Shown piece after piece: positions 51,371 through 64,000 of a stretch of 64,000 bases of DNA. The DNA is taken from NCBI GenBank assembly GCA_951406725.2, contig OX597824.1, positions 99,138,001 to 99,202,000 of the forward strand, given 5' to 3'. The stretch comes from Octopus vulgaris (Eukaryota). The notes beneath the pieces were generated by a model, which had not been told where the DNA came from, ran no database searches, and saw only the letters and a program-made list of their open reading frames with translations. Positions within the stretch are counted from its first letter, which is position 1; every line of letters begins with the position of its first letter. The position numbers were made by a program, and so were the translations under genes.

Positions 51371-52239
51371 GGTGGTAGTAACACCATTGCCCAGTGACAC
51401 TTACTTCCACCAAAGTGCAAATTATATATCATTTGTTGTGTCTGGGGAGGGTCATTATCTTTTAGTGCCTTATTATTTAACACACTCACCGGTAAAGTTT
51501 CCACTCATTTACTTATTTATTTTTTCCTAAAATTTTCGTTGCTTCTCGCAACCTTTTCAAGAGTCACTGATTCTGTCTTAGCCAAGCTGCATTCTTTTTG
51601 TTTGTTTGTGCACATGTGTGTGGGTCAGTGTGTGTGCACATACACATGTATCTATGTATATTTGTATGCATGTATATATGTATGTATATATGTATGCATG
51701 TATATATATATGTATATATATATGTATGTATGTATGCATGCATGCATGTAAGTGTGTGTATGCATGTATGTATATGTGTGTGTGTGTGCATTTTCATGTA
51801 TGTATGTGTGTATGTGTGTATGTATTCTGCATATTCATGTGTCTGTGTGTTCATGCTTGTGTGTTTGCATGTGGGTGTACCTCTGTCTCCTTGTGTGTGC
51901 ATGCCTAAGTGTGTCTGTGTATGGGTTTTGTGACTATGTATTGTGTCTATGTGTGAATGTATGTCTACATATGTGTCCTTGTGTGAAGTGTGTGCATATA
52001 TGGTCATTTGCGTATGTATGTGTGCTTGTCTGTTCATATTACCTATCTGTCTGCATCCATTTACCTACATTCATATATGTGTATATTATAGATACATACA
52101 CACATAACTGCCCACTAATTAATCTACCTATATATATATATATATATATAAACTGCAGGTATAGGGGTATGATTACCTACTACGTATATTTCCTATTTAG
52201 TACTGGGGATGTTTTATTTATGAGAATGTACCCCTGTAT

Positions 52240-52760
52240 TTGTCTGAGTGTTGGGTCCTTCAGGTGCCTGGATAAAATGCGCATGTCAAGTTGACCCAGG
52301 TTGCCTCCATGTTGATCCTTGGCATGTTGGTAGAGTATGGATGACTGTTATTTTGTCATCATATTGTCTCAAATGCTCATTTAGTCTTTCCGCAATGTTC
52401 CTAGATGTCTCCCCTATGTATGTCATTTTCTTGTCTTTACAAGCACTTTCTATGCACCTTATGCTGTAGACTACACTTCTAGTTCTACAGTTAATGCCAG
52501 GGTTGATCCTACATACTAGGTGGTTATCATTGGTGCATATGGTATTCTCCAAGCTGTACGCCCTACTTAGTTGTGATCTGATGAAGCTCCCTGGTTTTTC
52601 ACTGATCATAATGTTGAGTTTGGTCTCCTTCAGAGCTTTCCTAAATCTACAGGTTAGTTCTCCATGGGCTGTGGCCTCTACAAACATCACTCCATGATAT
52701 TTGTCGGTTTTGTACCAATGTGTTCACTCTGTTTGCTTTTTCACAAACTCTTTGTATTCT
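52240..52760 (-). mobile_element. Penelope-like GIY-YIG endonuclease fragment (Neptune-like)
   Basis: FVEAT.HGEL..ISEKPG..C..VC..NCRTRSVVYSIRC..YIGETSRNIAERLNEH. Confidence 0.9.
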
Positions 52761-53460
52761 ATTCCAGTCTTTAAATCATTTATTTTATTTTAAAATCTGA
52801 GTTATAAAAATGATTAGCCTTCAACTCTTAACTTATACCACCAATACCAGCTCCATTAAGTAACATCCTACCAACTCTATCAATGCAACAAATTATTAGT
52901 CCTCAGTGTACGCCTGTGTGTGTAATTATACATTTGTATTGATTCAATGGCATTTCTAACTTCCCCTTCATATTTGTCCCTCCTTCATCTTTCACCATCT
53001 TCTTCTTCTTCCTTACCATCACACTAACAACACACAACTACAGTTCACAGTCTTCTCAAGTGAGACCCATGGAATTTCTTCTCGTTTTGTCAGTTAACTT
53101 ATTTCAAAAATATCTGTTTAAGCAATGGCTTCCAACTAACCAACCTAAATCCTATGAAAAATGATTTATGTTTATATGTCTTTGAAGATGCGGCTTCCAT
53201 TTGATAGATACAAGTCAGAAGACCTCCTGGTGCCTGTCACTTGACCTTTGGGGTCGAGGTCATGTGTAAATAACTTGCAACTGACATGAAAACTGAAACT
53301 ATCACAACAGATAAACCTGGGGTTGAACCTGAGGAATAAAAGTTATCAGATGAAGAAATCTAGGAGACCAATAAATTGTAGATGGAGATTTGAAAGACAT
53401 TGAAATTTGTGAGGGGTTTCTTCTATAAAGCAGTTTCTATGTAATGTGCCCCCACCCCAT

Positions 53461-53492
<32 letters not shown>

Positions 53493-54039
53493 TGTGTGTG
53501 GGGGGGCTCATCCAATTCATGCAATCACGGAAAGTGGTTATTAGAATGATAACACACACACACACACACACGTATGAATATACATACACATACACACACT
53601 CACCCATGTATATACATATACTGGGTGGCTGTGCATACGTGCAGGTATGACTGCATGGTTGGAAAGCTTCTTTCCCAACTGTGTGGTCTTGGGTTCAGTC
53701 CCACTGCGTGGTACCTTGGGCAAGTGTCTTCCACTTTAGCCCTGGGCCAACCAAAGCCTTCTGAGTGGATTTGATGGAAACTGAAAGAAGTCCATCATCT
53801 GTGTGTTTGTGTGTATTTTTGTCTAGATATCAAGTGATGGTTGCATCTGTGAAAGACATATCTGGCCAAGGGGGGAATATTAGCTTGCATGGAAACAGGT
53901 GAGGGTTGATGATAGGAAGGGCATCCAACCATGCATCAGTTGCCACAATTCTTGCACTTAATTCAGCCTCCTGCCATCACTTGTGAATGGAGACACTTGA
54001 ACTTCTTTGCCTGTTTCATTGGAAATCCACTCACATGTA

Positions 54040-54860
54040 GAGTGCATTGCTGGAGTTGAAAAGGAAGGTTAGAAATACCTTGGCATACTAGAGTTTAACA
54101 AAAGTCATGGAGAAGGAAATGAAAGAACAGCTGAGGAAAGAATATTTCCAAAGATTAAGATTGACATTGTACACAATCAGTATGGAGCTGGAATCCTAAA
54201 CTGGCAAAAGAAAGAACTGATGAGCATAGATGCGAAGACAGAAAATATTGAGTGCAATGTAGCATTCCATCGCAAGAGTGGCAAGAATGGGTTGTACTTG
54301 TCCAGAAGAAAGGATGGGAAAGGTTTGATCATTTGCCTAGATGGTGTTGAAGCAGAGGAAAAGCAGAGCCAAGTGTGGGATGTAAAAAATACTGTGGAAC
54401 CATTGTTGAAACATGTGAAGAAGTCCAGTGTGATCAAAATTGATGATTGTGTAAGGAAAGAAAACCTTTAAAAGGAGAACTCAAAAATAGAAATAACACA
54501 GAAGGGAAAAAAATGTATGCTCAGTTTGCAAGAGATATGAACACCAAGACCAGTGGTTATTGGTGTGGAGGAGTGACCTGAAGATGGAGACACGAGTACT
54601 TATATGCATGGCACAAGAACAAGCCCTAAGGTCAACTCATGTGAAGAGCAAAATTGACAACACAACTGAAGGCTACAAATGCAGAATGCGTGGTGAGAGG
54701 GGCGGGGGCGGGAAACAGTGTGGCACATTGTTAATGAATGTCCAAAACTGGCACAATGTGACTACAAAAGACAACGTGACAAGAATAATCCATTGGTAGC
54801 TCTGTGGAAATGATGGCCTACAAAGAGCAAACACATGGTATAACCAAATCCCAGAAGGCG
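54040..54860 (+). mobile_element. R4/Dong-clade (RLE) non-LTR retrotransposon fragment
   Basis: KYLGILE, MEKEMKEQLRKEY, YGAGILNWQKKELMSIDAKT, LYLSRRKDGKGLI and DLKMETRVLICMAQEQALR..KCRMRGE. Confidence 0.8.
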
Positions 54861-55776
54861 GCGGCAGTGGTGCTGCCACCATCATCATCATCATCATCTA
54901 TGTTTATTATCAGCTCAACTATTTTGTACTGTTATGAAATGTTCTGATGTTCATGTTTATTTTTACATTGACCTGATGAGGAAGCTTAGTGCTAAACATC
55001 ACCTTCATTCATAAACAGTCTTTCTACCAAAGTTAGGGAAATATATAAATATTTGCCTTATCTCATAGCAACAAACCTTGCAGCTTCCTGGCACTTTTCA
55101 ACTTTGGTTTTACTTTAAAGTTTATCTTGGAAATATTTTTTTCTAGATCAGGAAAATATTTCTGTTTTTATGTTTATTTTAAACGTGAACATGCTGGAGA
55201 TGTGTTGTTGTTTCAATTATTAATCTCCTCTTCCTCTTTCTCATCATCATCATCATCATCATCCTAATCATCATGCATCCACTTTCCAAGCTGCTTTGGC
55301 CTGTGTACTTTGTTCAGGTCAATTCTTATATTGACATACTGCCCTCCGAGACCAGTCAATGGAATGAGAGACTTTGACTTATTCCCTTTAAAACTAGAGT
55401 CTTCTTTAGTCTAGATTGTTGCATGAGGGTCAACTGGAAGAGAAACTGATGACCAAATGGGTGAAAGAAGATAGAGTAAAAATGTGAAAGGGAAAGCAAG
55501 AGATGTTGATGGTTGGTAAGAAAGTTTGATAGAAAACCACTGAGTGGTATGATGGTATATATACCACTGGCACTAGTGAGGTTACTGAAAGTGATAAAGG
55601 GTAATGATGGTGGATATGGAAATGGACAGACCAAATACTATTGCTCAAGCCAGGGGCAGTGGTACAGTGATTTGGAAAAAGTGTGGATGAGAGATGAGAG
55701 GCTAATGAATTGTACAATAGATGGAAACAGGGGGGATTTTTCTCATTTAGTTCCTTTGTAGATATATAATTTCCAG

Positions 55777-55941
55777 ATGGCACGTAAAAAACACCCACTA
55801 CACTCACGGAGTGGTTGGCGTTAGGAAGGGCATCCAGCCGTAGAAACACTGCCAAATCTGACTGGGCCTGATGAAGCCTTCCGGCTTCACAGACCCCAGT
55901 TAAACCGTCCAACCCATGCTAGCATGGAAAGCGGACGCTAA

Positions 55942-55972
<31 letters not shown>
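55777..55972 (+). mobile_element. Short RTE 3' end
   Basis: Near-identical to 9575-9760 and ends in (GAT)n. Confidence 0.85.
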
Positions 55973-55973
<1 letters not shown>

Positions 55974-57867
55974 CACTACAATCATTTTAACAACCCTTCT
56001 GTTATGCTAACACCAGTGAGTGAGGCTTCTTCAGCATCTTTCCACCTCTTTCATGTGGTTCAGGTTCTCTAGATTAGTTTTTACTCCTCTGACCCATGCC
56101 TTCCTCCATCCCATTTCTTTGGGTTCCATCCTTTTCATACAGTTGACACCCACCCTCCCTCTTTACACATTACACCCTTTAACAGTGCAAGTGTTTCTCT
56201 TGTAGACTGCGTATAGTTTCTCTTAAGTTCAGTTTTACTTTCAGCTCATTTGTGCTCCATTGGTCATGCACACTAACCTTATACATCCAACAGAGCAGGC
56301 TTGTTTCATTTCTTTTTAGTCACCACAAATTTTTCATATTCAGTGCTTCTATTTAATTACCATGCAGCTTCCAAGACCATTCACAAGCACCAGGCAGTCT
56401 GCTTATTACTCTGAGAGAAACATCTTTTGTTAACAGCAAAGCAAATAGCTAAGTTTGCTTTGAGGACTCTCAGTTCTATATCTTTGAGCTAGATCACAAG
56501 GATACAAGAGTTTCCATGGAGATCCAATTTAAATTCCTTTTTATGACCTATAATAAACAGGGATGGTGCAAGGGTACTGAGAAATGAACCTTGATGGACC
56601 CATTCCAAAATTCATTTCTGACTTTCACTTAGTTAATTCTACCTTACTGACAGAACTTGTACGGCCCTCACAAACCATTTGTCTTTGCTTAGTTTCCTTC
56701 ACAACCGTTGTATTAAACATTTTGGAACCATATAAAACAGTTTCTTGCAATCAACTAACGCTAGGTCGAGGTGCTAACTATTAACTATGCGGTTGTCTCA
56801 CTAGGAAGTGGTCAGCAGTAAATCCACTTCTTGATACAAAGCTAAACTACATTTCATCTACACCAATATTATTTCTAAATCGGATGTGCAATAACTGTTC
56901 CCACCACTGCCATTATCAGCTATTATCTTTTTGATGGTTTTACCATTTCCTATCTCTAGTACATCTCCTTTGTTCTTGTGGCAGTTGATGATGATACAAC
57001 TACGTCAGTCACTTGGTAGGACATCTCTTTTACTACCTGGTTGATTATGATGGCACCTAGAATGTGGCATACTTTACCAGATTACATTTTGATTAGTGTT
57101 TGTGTGTTTGTGTGTGTGTGTGTGGCAATTTATCATAATGGACTGGCAGAAATTACTAGCATGGTGGTGGTGGTGGTGGTGGCAGGGTCAGTATTGCTAC
57201 TAGTATAATCAAAGATATTGTAGTTGTGTCTCACCTGTCTTTTATTTAGACAAATGTCTAGGATTATATTATCCAAAATGTCTTGCCCTTTTCTATGGCA
57301 AATATGTTTTGGCAGTAATTCAGCTGCTGTTTCTAGTAAACTGAGTGTTTCTATACTGACTTCCTCAATGTGTCATTGTACGGAAAGGTTCTCTTGTTAA
57401 CTCAGCCAGCTACATTGTGGTTAAAGGTCAAATAATTATGGAATGAATTGTGTCCCTGTTCAATTCCCCTCTTCCCATCTAATTTATAGACCTTCAAACA
57501 TCACTAAATATCATAGATCACATCACTGTTGCATGAAATAGCAAACATTTTTTGTGTCCCCATAACAGGACCTTCTTTTTGTAAAACCTTAGACTGATGC
57601 TATGTCCTGTTTTCAAAATTTTGCTGAGTGCTCAGGGATTAGTTCTGAAACTCATAGTGAGTAGAAGTCAGCTGTACTCATAATAGCTAGCTGCACTCAC
57701 TGTAGGAGCCAGCTGTACTTGTTGGTATCTGTCCCTCTTTTTTCTCTCATGTCACTCTCTCAACCTATCTCCTTCTAGTCTTCTCTCTTGAACCATTAAA
57801 CCACTCTGGTTGTTTTTCTATTCAATGTCCTTTTCAACAATCAACATGTAGCTCTCTACCATCCTTT

Positions 57868-57919
<52 letters not shown>

Positions 57920-58199
57920 GTTGTTCACATTCTCAATCACATTACCTTCAATGAACATAGACATTGTAGAAAGCGGGACGACTCTTTCATGTCGGTGCCA
58001 ATGCACTCCGTGAAGTGACTGATCTTGGGAAGCTCATCTCGACTCATAAAACCAGCTGCCAAAGCTAGAATGAGCAAGACATTGTACTCAACCCATTCCA
58101 AGAAAGCAGTAACTCAAAATAAGAACTGTCTCAGCCTGAACAACCCATGCCAGCATGGAAAGTGGGTGTAAAGTAATATTAATGATGATGATGATGATG

Positions 58200-58725
58200 G
58201 GCCCCACAGAGGCAATGACTGGTGACTGAGACCTTTGGCCTTATGCTGTGCTTAAGAAGACCCTTCAAGCCAAGTGAAATCACAGTTGTGGCTGATGTTG
58301 CTGTCACGAAACTGGCACCTGTGCCAGTGACATATAAAAAGCACTTTTCACGCATTGGGCCTCGCAGAGGCAAAGTGGCTGAGGCTGGTGGCACATGAAA
58401 AACTCCTTTCGAGTGTTAGGGTCCCATGGAGGCAATGATCAAGACCTTTCGCATTATGTCATGCTTGAGAAGAAGAAGATCCATCAAGCTGAGTGAAATT
58501 GCAATCGTGGCAGATACCAGTGTCATGTAAATGGCACTCATGCTAGTGGCACGTAAAAGCACCCATTACACTCTCAGAGTGGTTGGCATTAGGAAGGGCA
58601 TCCAGCTGTAGAAACCATGCCAAATCAGACTGGGGCCTAGTGTAGACTTTCAGCTTGCTAGTCCTGGTCAAACCATCCAACCCAGCATGGACAGTGGATG
58701 CTAAATGATGATGATGATGATGATG
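58200..58725 (+). mobile_element. RTE 3' end with duplicated ORF-end segment
   Basis: GAGGCAATGA..AGACCTTT..TATG..TGCTT.AGAAGA..CAAGC..AGTGAAAT occurs twice, followed by the conserved tail. Confidence 0.75.
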
Positions 58726-60494
58726 AGTGCAACAGCAGAGATGGTAGTGGTAATGGTGTACTTTAGCAGTATGACTGTTAGAATGAATATATTTGTACAG
58801 GTTTTTAAACTCAATGAGACAAACACGGAGAAATTATCTTAATTTGTAATCTTTTCTTTATTCCAAAATCTCAAAATCAAAAAAATAAAATACGAATCAT
58901 TGACATTTAAAATGATGTGAAGTGGATATATATATATATATAAATAAATATATATATATATATATACAATATTTGGGACAACCGAAATAATACAAGCGAT
59001 ATCGTCATTAACCGACTTTGAAAGGAATGATCAGGGGATATAGTGGCAGCTGCAGGAAAAAGTCGCGAGGTTCCATGGCGCTGAGCTGATGTGTGTTCTG
59101 TTTGATAGAAGCCACAAGTGGTCATAGCTGAAACTTAGAGGGTAGAAGGTCACATCTGGATTCATGAAGTAGAGATTAAATCAAAGTTGTGCACCATACT
59201 GACAGTTTGGTAGGAATATCATAAAGTAACCATATTCAACGGTGAAGCTATGTTGCTGTTTGCATTGATGAGAAGTGATGGCTGTATTAACAAACACCTT
59301 TTATAGAGAGATGGACAAACATGCCTCCATTTGGTCGGTCATATTCTTTCTACTTACACGATTTTTATTGCAATCTACACATTCTGTAAGATTAGTCTTT
59401 TTTGTTTCAAGTGTGTGTTTTTTTTTTTAGAGTATTCTTGGAATATTTATCAAAAACTTTGTGAAACTCAGTTATTTGAACATTGTATCTTTGGTAGTCA
59501 TGAAAAAGCTTGGCATTCCTTACCAAGTCCTTCTGAAACACTTTTCAGGTATTTTTCAAAACTTGGCTGTCTCCACCTTCTGAATTTTACCATTTTTCTC
59601 TTCATCAGCATTGTAATGAGCCTGGAGTGTGCATATTTAATTAGGTGTACATATTTATTTTCCCTATTCACCTCGTTAAACTCCTTCACATGAATCGAAT
59701 GACAGCAAGGATGTTATAAATTGTACTTTTTAGATAGGATCACTAAAGCAGCTATCAAGTTAGTAAGGGGTGAACCACCTCGTACATGTGACACTAAATG
59801 GAATCCCCTGTGAAGAAGAATGACAACTGAACCCAAACATGATGGCTTTCTTCCTCAGTAGAAGAATTCTCTGAAAATTATATTTGAAATATGTAGAATT
59901 TCAATTTTCTCTGCTTATTTGTTTGTTTAACTTATATTTTAGTAAAGTGAGATTGTTGAAATAACAAGTTTAACTCTATTTCACTATATCTGTGTCTGTA
60001 TGTACATGTGCATGTTTGTATGTATGTGTGTATGTACATTGTGTGTGTGTGTGTGTACTGAATACATCCTGTTTCAGTGAAGTGGTGTATGAAATGTTTA
60101 CAAGTTGGGCACGGTTTTTTTAAACTAATGTACACATACATGTGCAGTTGTGCATACATGTGTATACACAAATACTACAGCTACATAGATAGGCTCACAA
60201 ACAAGCACAGTGAGTATATATCTATTGATATAGGAGTAGAGATGTATTTGTCAAAAATGAAATTCGCAGATTCTTACAAGTTACTTTTTATCTTTTACAT
60301 ACATATGTATATATATCTCCCTTCACCTCCTCAAGGTCATCATAAGCATCTTCAATTTTATGTCTGTTCTTCCTTGATCTCTCTCTCTATCTCTCTCTCT
60401 CTCATAAACACACAGGCTATATATATATATTAATATAGACAGACAGATACTCACATGCACACACACACACACACTCACACATACACACACACAT

Positions 60495-60564
<70 letters not shown>

Positions 60565-60574
60565 TATATATAAA

Positions 60575-60755
60575 AGTGCATGACTCAGTGGTTAGTGTGT
60601 CAGGCTCACAATCTTGAGGTTGTGAGTTTGATTCCTGGACAGGGCTGTGTGCTGTGTTCTTGAGCAAGACACTTTATTTCACCCTGCTCCAGTTCACTCA
60701 GCTGTAGAAATGAGTTGCCATGACACTGGTGCCAAGCTGTATGGACCTTTGCCTT
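60575..60755 (+). mobile_element. CORE-type tRNA SINE, 3'-truncated
   Basis: TGACTCAGTGG (A box), AGTTTGATTCC (B box) and GTTCTTGAGCAAGACAC. Confidence 0.75.
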
Positions 60756-62359
60756 TCTATGTCATGTCTTACAGTCTTTAACCATGTTCACAGAGTATTG
60801 AGCAGCAGCCATAATCTTGGCATTTTGATACCCATCATGAATCACCATGATACAAGTAAACTCTTTCCCAATATTCACATGGCTTCCAATCCGCCTTCTT
60901 AGCTAACTTTTTCACAACTGCAACTTTCATCTTTATGCTCTCCACATCCATTGACTGTTCACCAATATATCAAGCTGATCCTCAAAAGAAAAAAGGACAT
61001 AAAAAGATCATCAAATTTAGCCTGAACATCCCGTAAGACATTGTTCTTTTGTCGGGAAGACAACAATTTCAACATCTTCCTACATATTCACCCCCCCCCA
61101 CACACACACCTCCTCTGCCATGAAATAAAATCTTAAATCTGTTTTTCCTTTGTTAATGGTCACACATTTTTACACATTTAACATGTTACATATAAGTATA
61201 TTTATGCTGCCCTTATTGAAAATATACAATACAGACACTCACATGTGCACAACATCATATATATCTATGCGTGTGTGCGTACGTGTGTGTGTGTGTGTGT
61301 GTGTGTGGACGAGAGTGAGAGATACATGTATATGTTTCTGCGTATACATATCTGTCTATCTATCTCTGTGTGCTGGTATTGTCGTTCAGTGTGTGTATAT
61401 GTATGTCTTGCATTCCAAGCTGAATTTCAGATATAAATCTTTAATTATAATTCCATTTAGGATGAGTTGAAACTACAAAGCCAGAGCACTGAACGAGATG
61501 GTTTAATATGTCTACGAGAAAGCTACATCTTCCTAAATTCAGAGAATACAGTAGCTTTGGTACAATCAACTATAGCTTTCTCCCTCCTCCTCCTCCTCCT
61601 CTCCTCGTCCTCTTCGTCCCTTCTGTTCACCCTTTTTAGGAAATAAACCTTTTCATGGTGAATGGTATTATGGCTTGTGAAGGGGGAAGAAAAACCCAAA
61701 TGAATCTTTTCATCACATCTAGTTCTAATGGGAGGAAAGTACAAATTTCTTCCTTGGAGCGGAAACCTTGCCTTAAATACTTGCAGTGGAGTGTATGCAG
61801 CTAAAAGATTTTGAGGAACAGATGGCTAATAGATTAAGTGAACCACCCAAAAACAGAAACTGTAACTTTGATGAGCTTCCACACAGTTTCCATTTACTAA
61901 ATTTCAGTGGTAGGGCTTGGTTGATTCAAGATCAAAAGAGAAGACACTTGTCTAAGGTGTTATACAGTAGGATTGAACCTGAAATGCATGCACGCACGCG
62001 CGCGTGTATACATACACACACATCTTGATTGTCACCTTCATTACTACACATATAAATGTCTCTGTTATCACCATTATACACAGACATCCTTATTACCACT
62101 CACACATACTCATGCACTTAATAATGCAACATCCCTGAATGACTAAGTTATATGCTTTTATATATGATAACCTATCACCCTTACATCTTTAATTAGTGAT
62201 TCCCTCATCACTGAAAATGAAGTCTGTTTCACTGAAGTGGTCCAATAATACTAAAACATGTTCTCACTTATCTCCCTTACTTGCTGAAATGTTTGGTATA
62301 ATATTAAACTAGTACTGTCTTTTCCTCACTGAATAATTATTTCTGATTAGATATCTTGT

Positions 62360-63020
62360 GCCTCACAGAGGCAATGACAAGAGACTGAGACCTTAGGAGA
62401 TATGCTGTGATTGAGAAGACCAGGCAAGTAAAGTGAGACCACAGCTGTGGCTGATACCAGTGTTGCATAATCAGCCCATTTAAAAGTACCCTTGAATCAT
62501 CGGGCGACATTCCGTGCTTGAGAAGACCTATTGAGTCAAGTAAAATCAAAATTCAAAATCAAAGGCAAATCAAGATTGAAATCAAAATGGAAATTGTAGT
62601 TGTGACCAATGCCAGTACCACCTGAATGACACCCGTGCTGGTGGCATGTTATAAGCACCATTCAAATGTGGGTCGATACCAGTGCCACCTGACTGGCTCA
62701 CCATGCCAATGACAGGTAAAAAGCACCATCTGAACGTGATCGATGCCAGTCTCCCCCAAATGGCTCCTGTGCTGATGGCACATGAAAAGCACCATCAAAA
62801 TATGCTCGATACCAGTGCTGCTTGACTGGCTCCTGTGCTAGTGGCTTGTAAAAAGCACCCACTATGCTCTCGGAGTGGTTGGTGTTAGGAAGGGCATCCA
62901 GCTGTAGAAACCTTGCCAGATGAGATTCGAGCCTGGCACAGCATACTGGCTCGCCAATACCCAGTCAAACCGTCCGACCCATGCCAGCATAAAAAACGGA
63001 CATTAAATGATGATGATAAT
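62360..63020 (+). mobile_element. RTE 3' end with ~5-unit repeat array
   Basis: ORF end, repeated GATRCCAGT..CTGGCTC..GTGC..GTGGCA..AAAAGCACC units, conserved tail and (GAT)n. Confidence 0.85.
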
Positions 63021-63311
63021 GTTTGCCCTTGATAAAAGGATAATATTGAGGAAGAAGCCAAGAATTTAAGTTAACTCTTGGCTTAATGCATACCTGTTCC
63101 TTGCTGGCCAAGCTCTCATAAACTCTTCATGTACTTCTTGAAGATGAAGGTGGAAAATGAATTGCTACAGTCCAGTAAATTTACTGAAAGGTGGGAGAGG
63201 CATAGTTTGGGTAAATGGGTCTGTTCTGAATATGACTGTAGAGAATTATGGCAAGAATTTAGGTGCACACACACACACACACACACACACACAGATAGAG
63301 ATAGATATATA

Positions 63312-63650
63312 AAAAGGGTAAAGACCCCCTTTGGTCATGAATGACCATGAGAGTGCACCTAGAAAGTTACTCTCTAAGACACAAATCTGGGCAAGGTTGT
63401 TTATGGAAGGCCAGTAGTTGCCCATGCAAACCAGCCTCCTCTCTCCATGCCACTGATATTATCCAAGGGAAGGGCAAAGGGGCCCAGCTTGGCACCAGTG
63501 ATGTCACAACTCATTTCAAAAAGTTGAGAGAACTGAAGCAATATGAAATAAAGTGTCTTGCTGAAGAATACAACAGCCCAGTCCAGGAATTGAACTCACT
63601 ACCTCATGATTGTGAGCTTAACACCCTAACTACTGAACCATGTGCCTCCA
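63312..63650 (-). mobile_element. CORE-type tRNA SINE, near full length
   Basis: Reverse complement of the family at 44590-45225 and 60575. The tail is GGGGGTCTTTACCC. Confidence 0.75.
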
Positions 63651-63674
63651 CGTATATGTATGTATGTATATGTA

Positions 63675-63736
<62 letters not shown>

Positions 63737-63764
63737 CACATAACAAAGAGAGTAGTAAGAATGG

Positions 63765-64000
63765 CAGCTTTATAGACCTGTACTTTGGTGTCAAGTTTGA
63801 AGCCCCTTTCATTCCATAGGCAATGACAGAGTTTGGCAATTGCATTGGTTGCTTTTTACAAGACTGTTGACGATTTCATCATCAAGAGAAGCACTCAAAT
63901 TCATTTTACTACCAAGATATGTAAAAGACTTCACATAATTTAGGCTTTTCCCATCAACCTGTATAGGAGTGTCAGGAAGCTGGTGGTCTCTGCTTGACAC
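63765..64000 (-). mobile_element. RTE (BovB-like) RT fragment, running off the window end
   Basis: IQVDGKSLNYVKSFTYLGSKMNLSASLDDEIVNSLVK. Confidence 0.8.

Noticed and set aside
53240-53262. TGACCT-n9-AGGTCA nuclear receptor-like element
   Set aside because: A single short motif of a kind common in molluscan repeats, with no supporting context.
57664-57722. Three loose ~20-bp repeats of AGCTGYACT
   Set aside because: Short, degenerate local duplication with no evident function.

Overview
This is AT-rich, microsatellite-dense animal genomic DNA. It is very likely an octopus (cephalopod), inferred from the SINE and LINE repertoire and not proven. I can support one host gene: a minus-strand secreted protein with a large coding exon (ATG 21897 to splice donor at 20100). 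It encodes a signal peptide, an N-glycosylated coiled coil and a C-terminal domain resembling the ABI3BP(TARSH)/FNDC1 C-terminal domain. A TATA/Inr promoter lies near 22.6 kb, and I could not find the last exon in the window. The rest is mostly decayed transposable elements: RTE, CR1 and R4/Dong LINE fragments, Penelope-like elements (PLEs), mariner/maT transposons, piggyBac-type MITEs, Helitrons, and tRNA/CORE/Nin-type SINEs. There is also a 1.1-kb minisatellite. The most notable signals are (i) recurrent outward-pointing inverted-repeat PLE remnants carrying type I hammerhead ribozyme cores (one apparently intact at 39402-39486, and a 356-bp double-ribozyme palindrome at 12220-12575), (ii) a variable-copy ~60-bp hairpin array in RTE 3' UTRs, and (iii) the host protein's domain architecture. 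All calls were made by eye, and boundaries of decayed TEs are approximate. Nearly all short ORFs in the track are microsatellite or TE artefacts.
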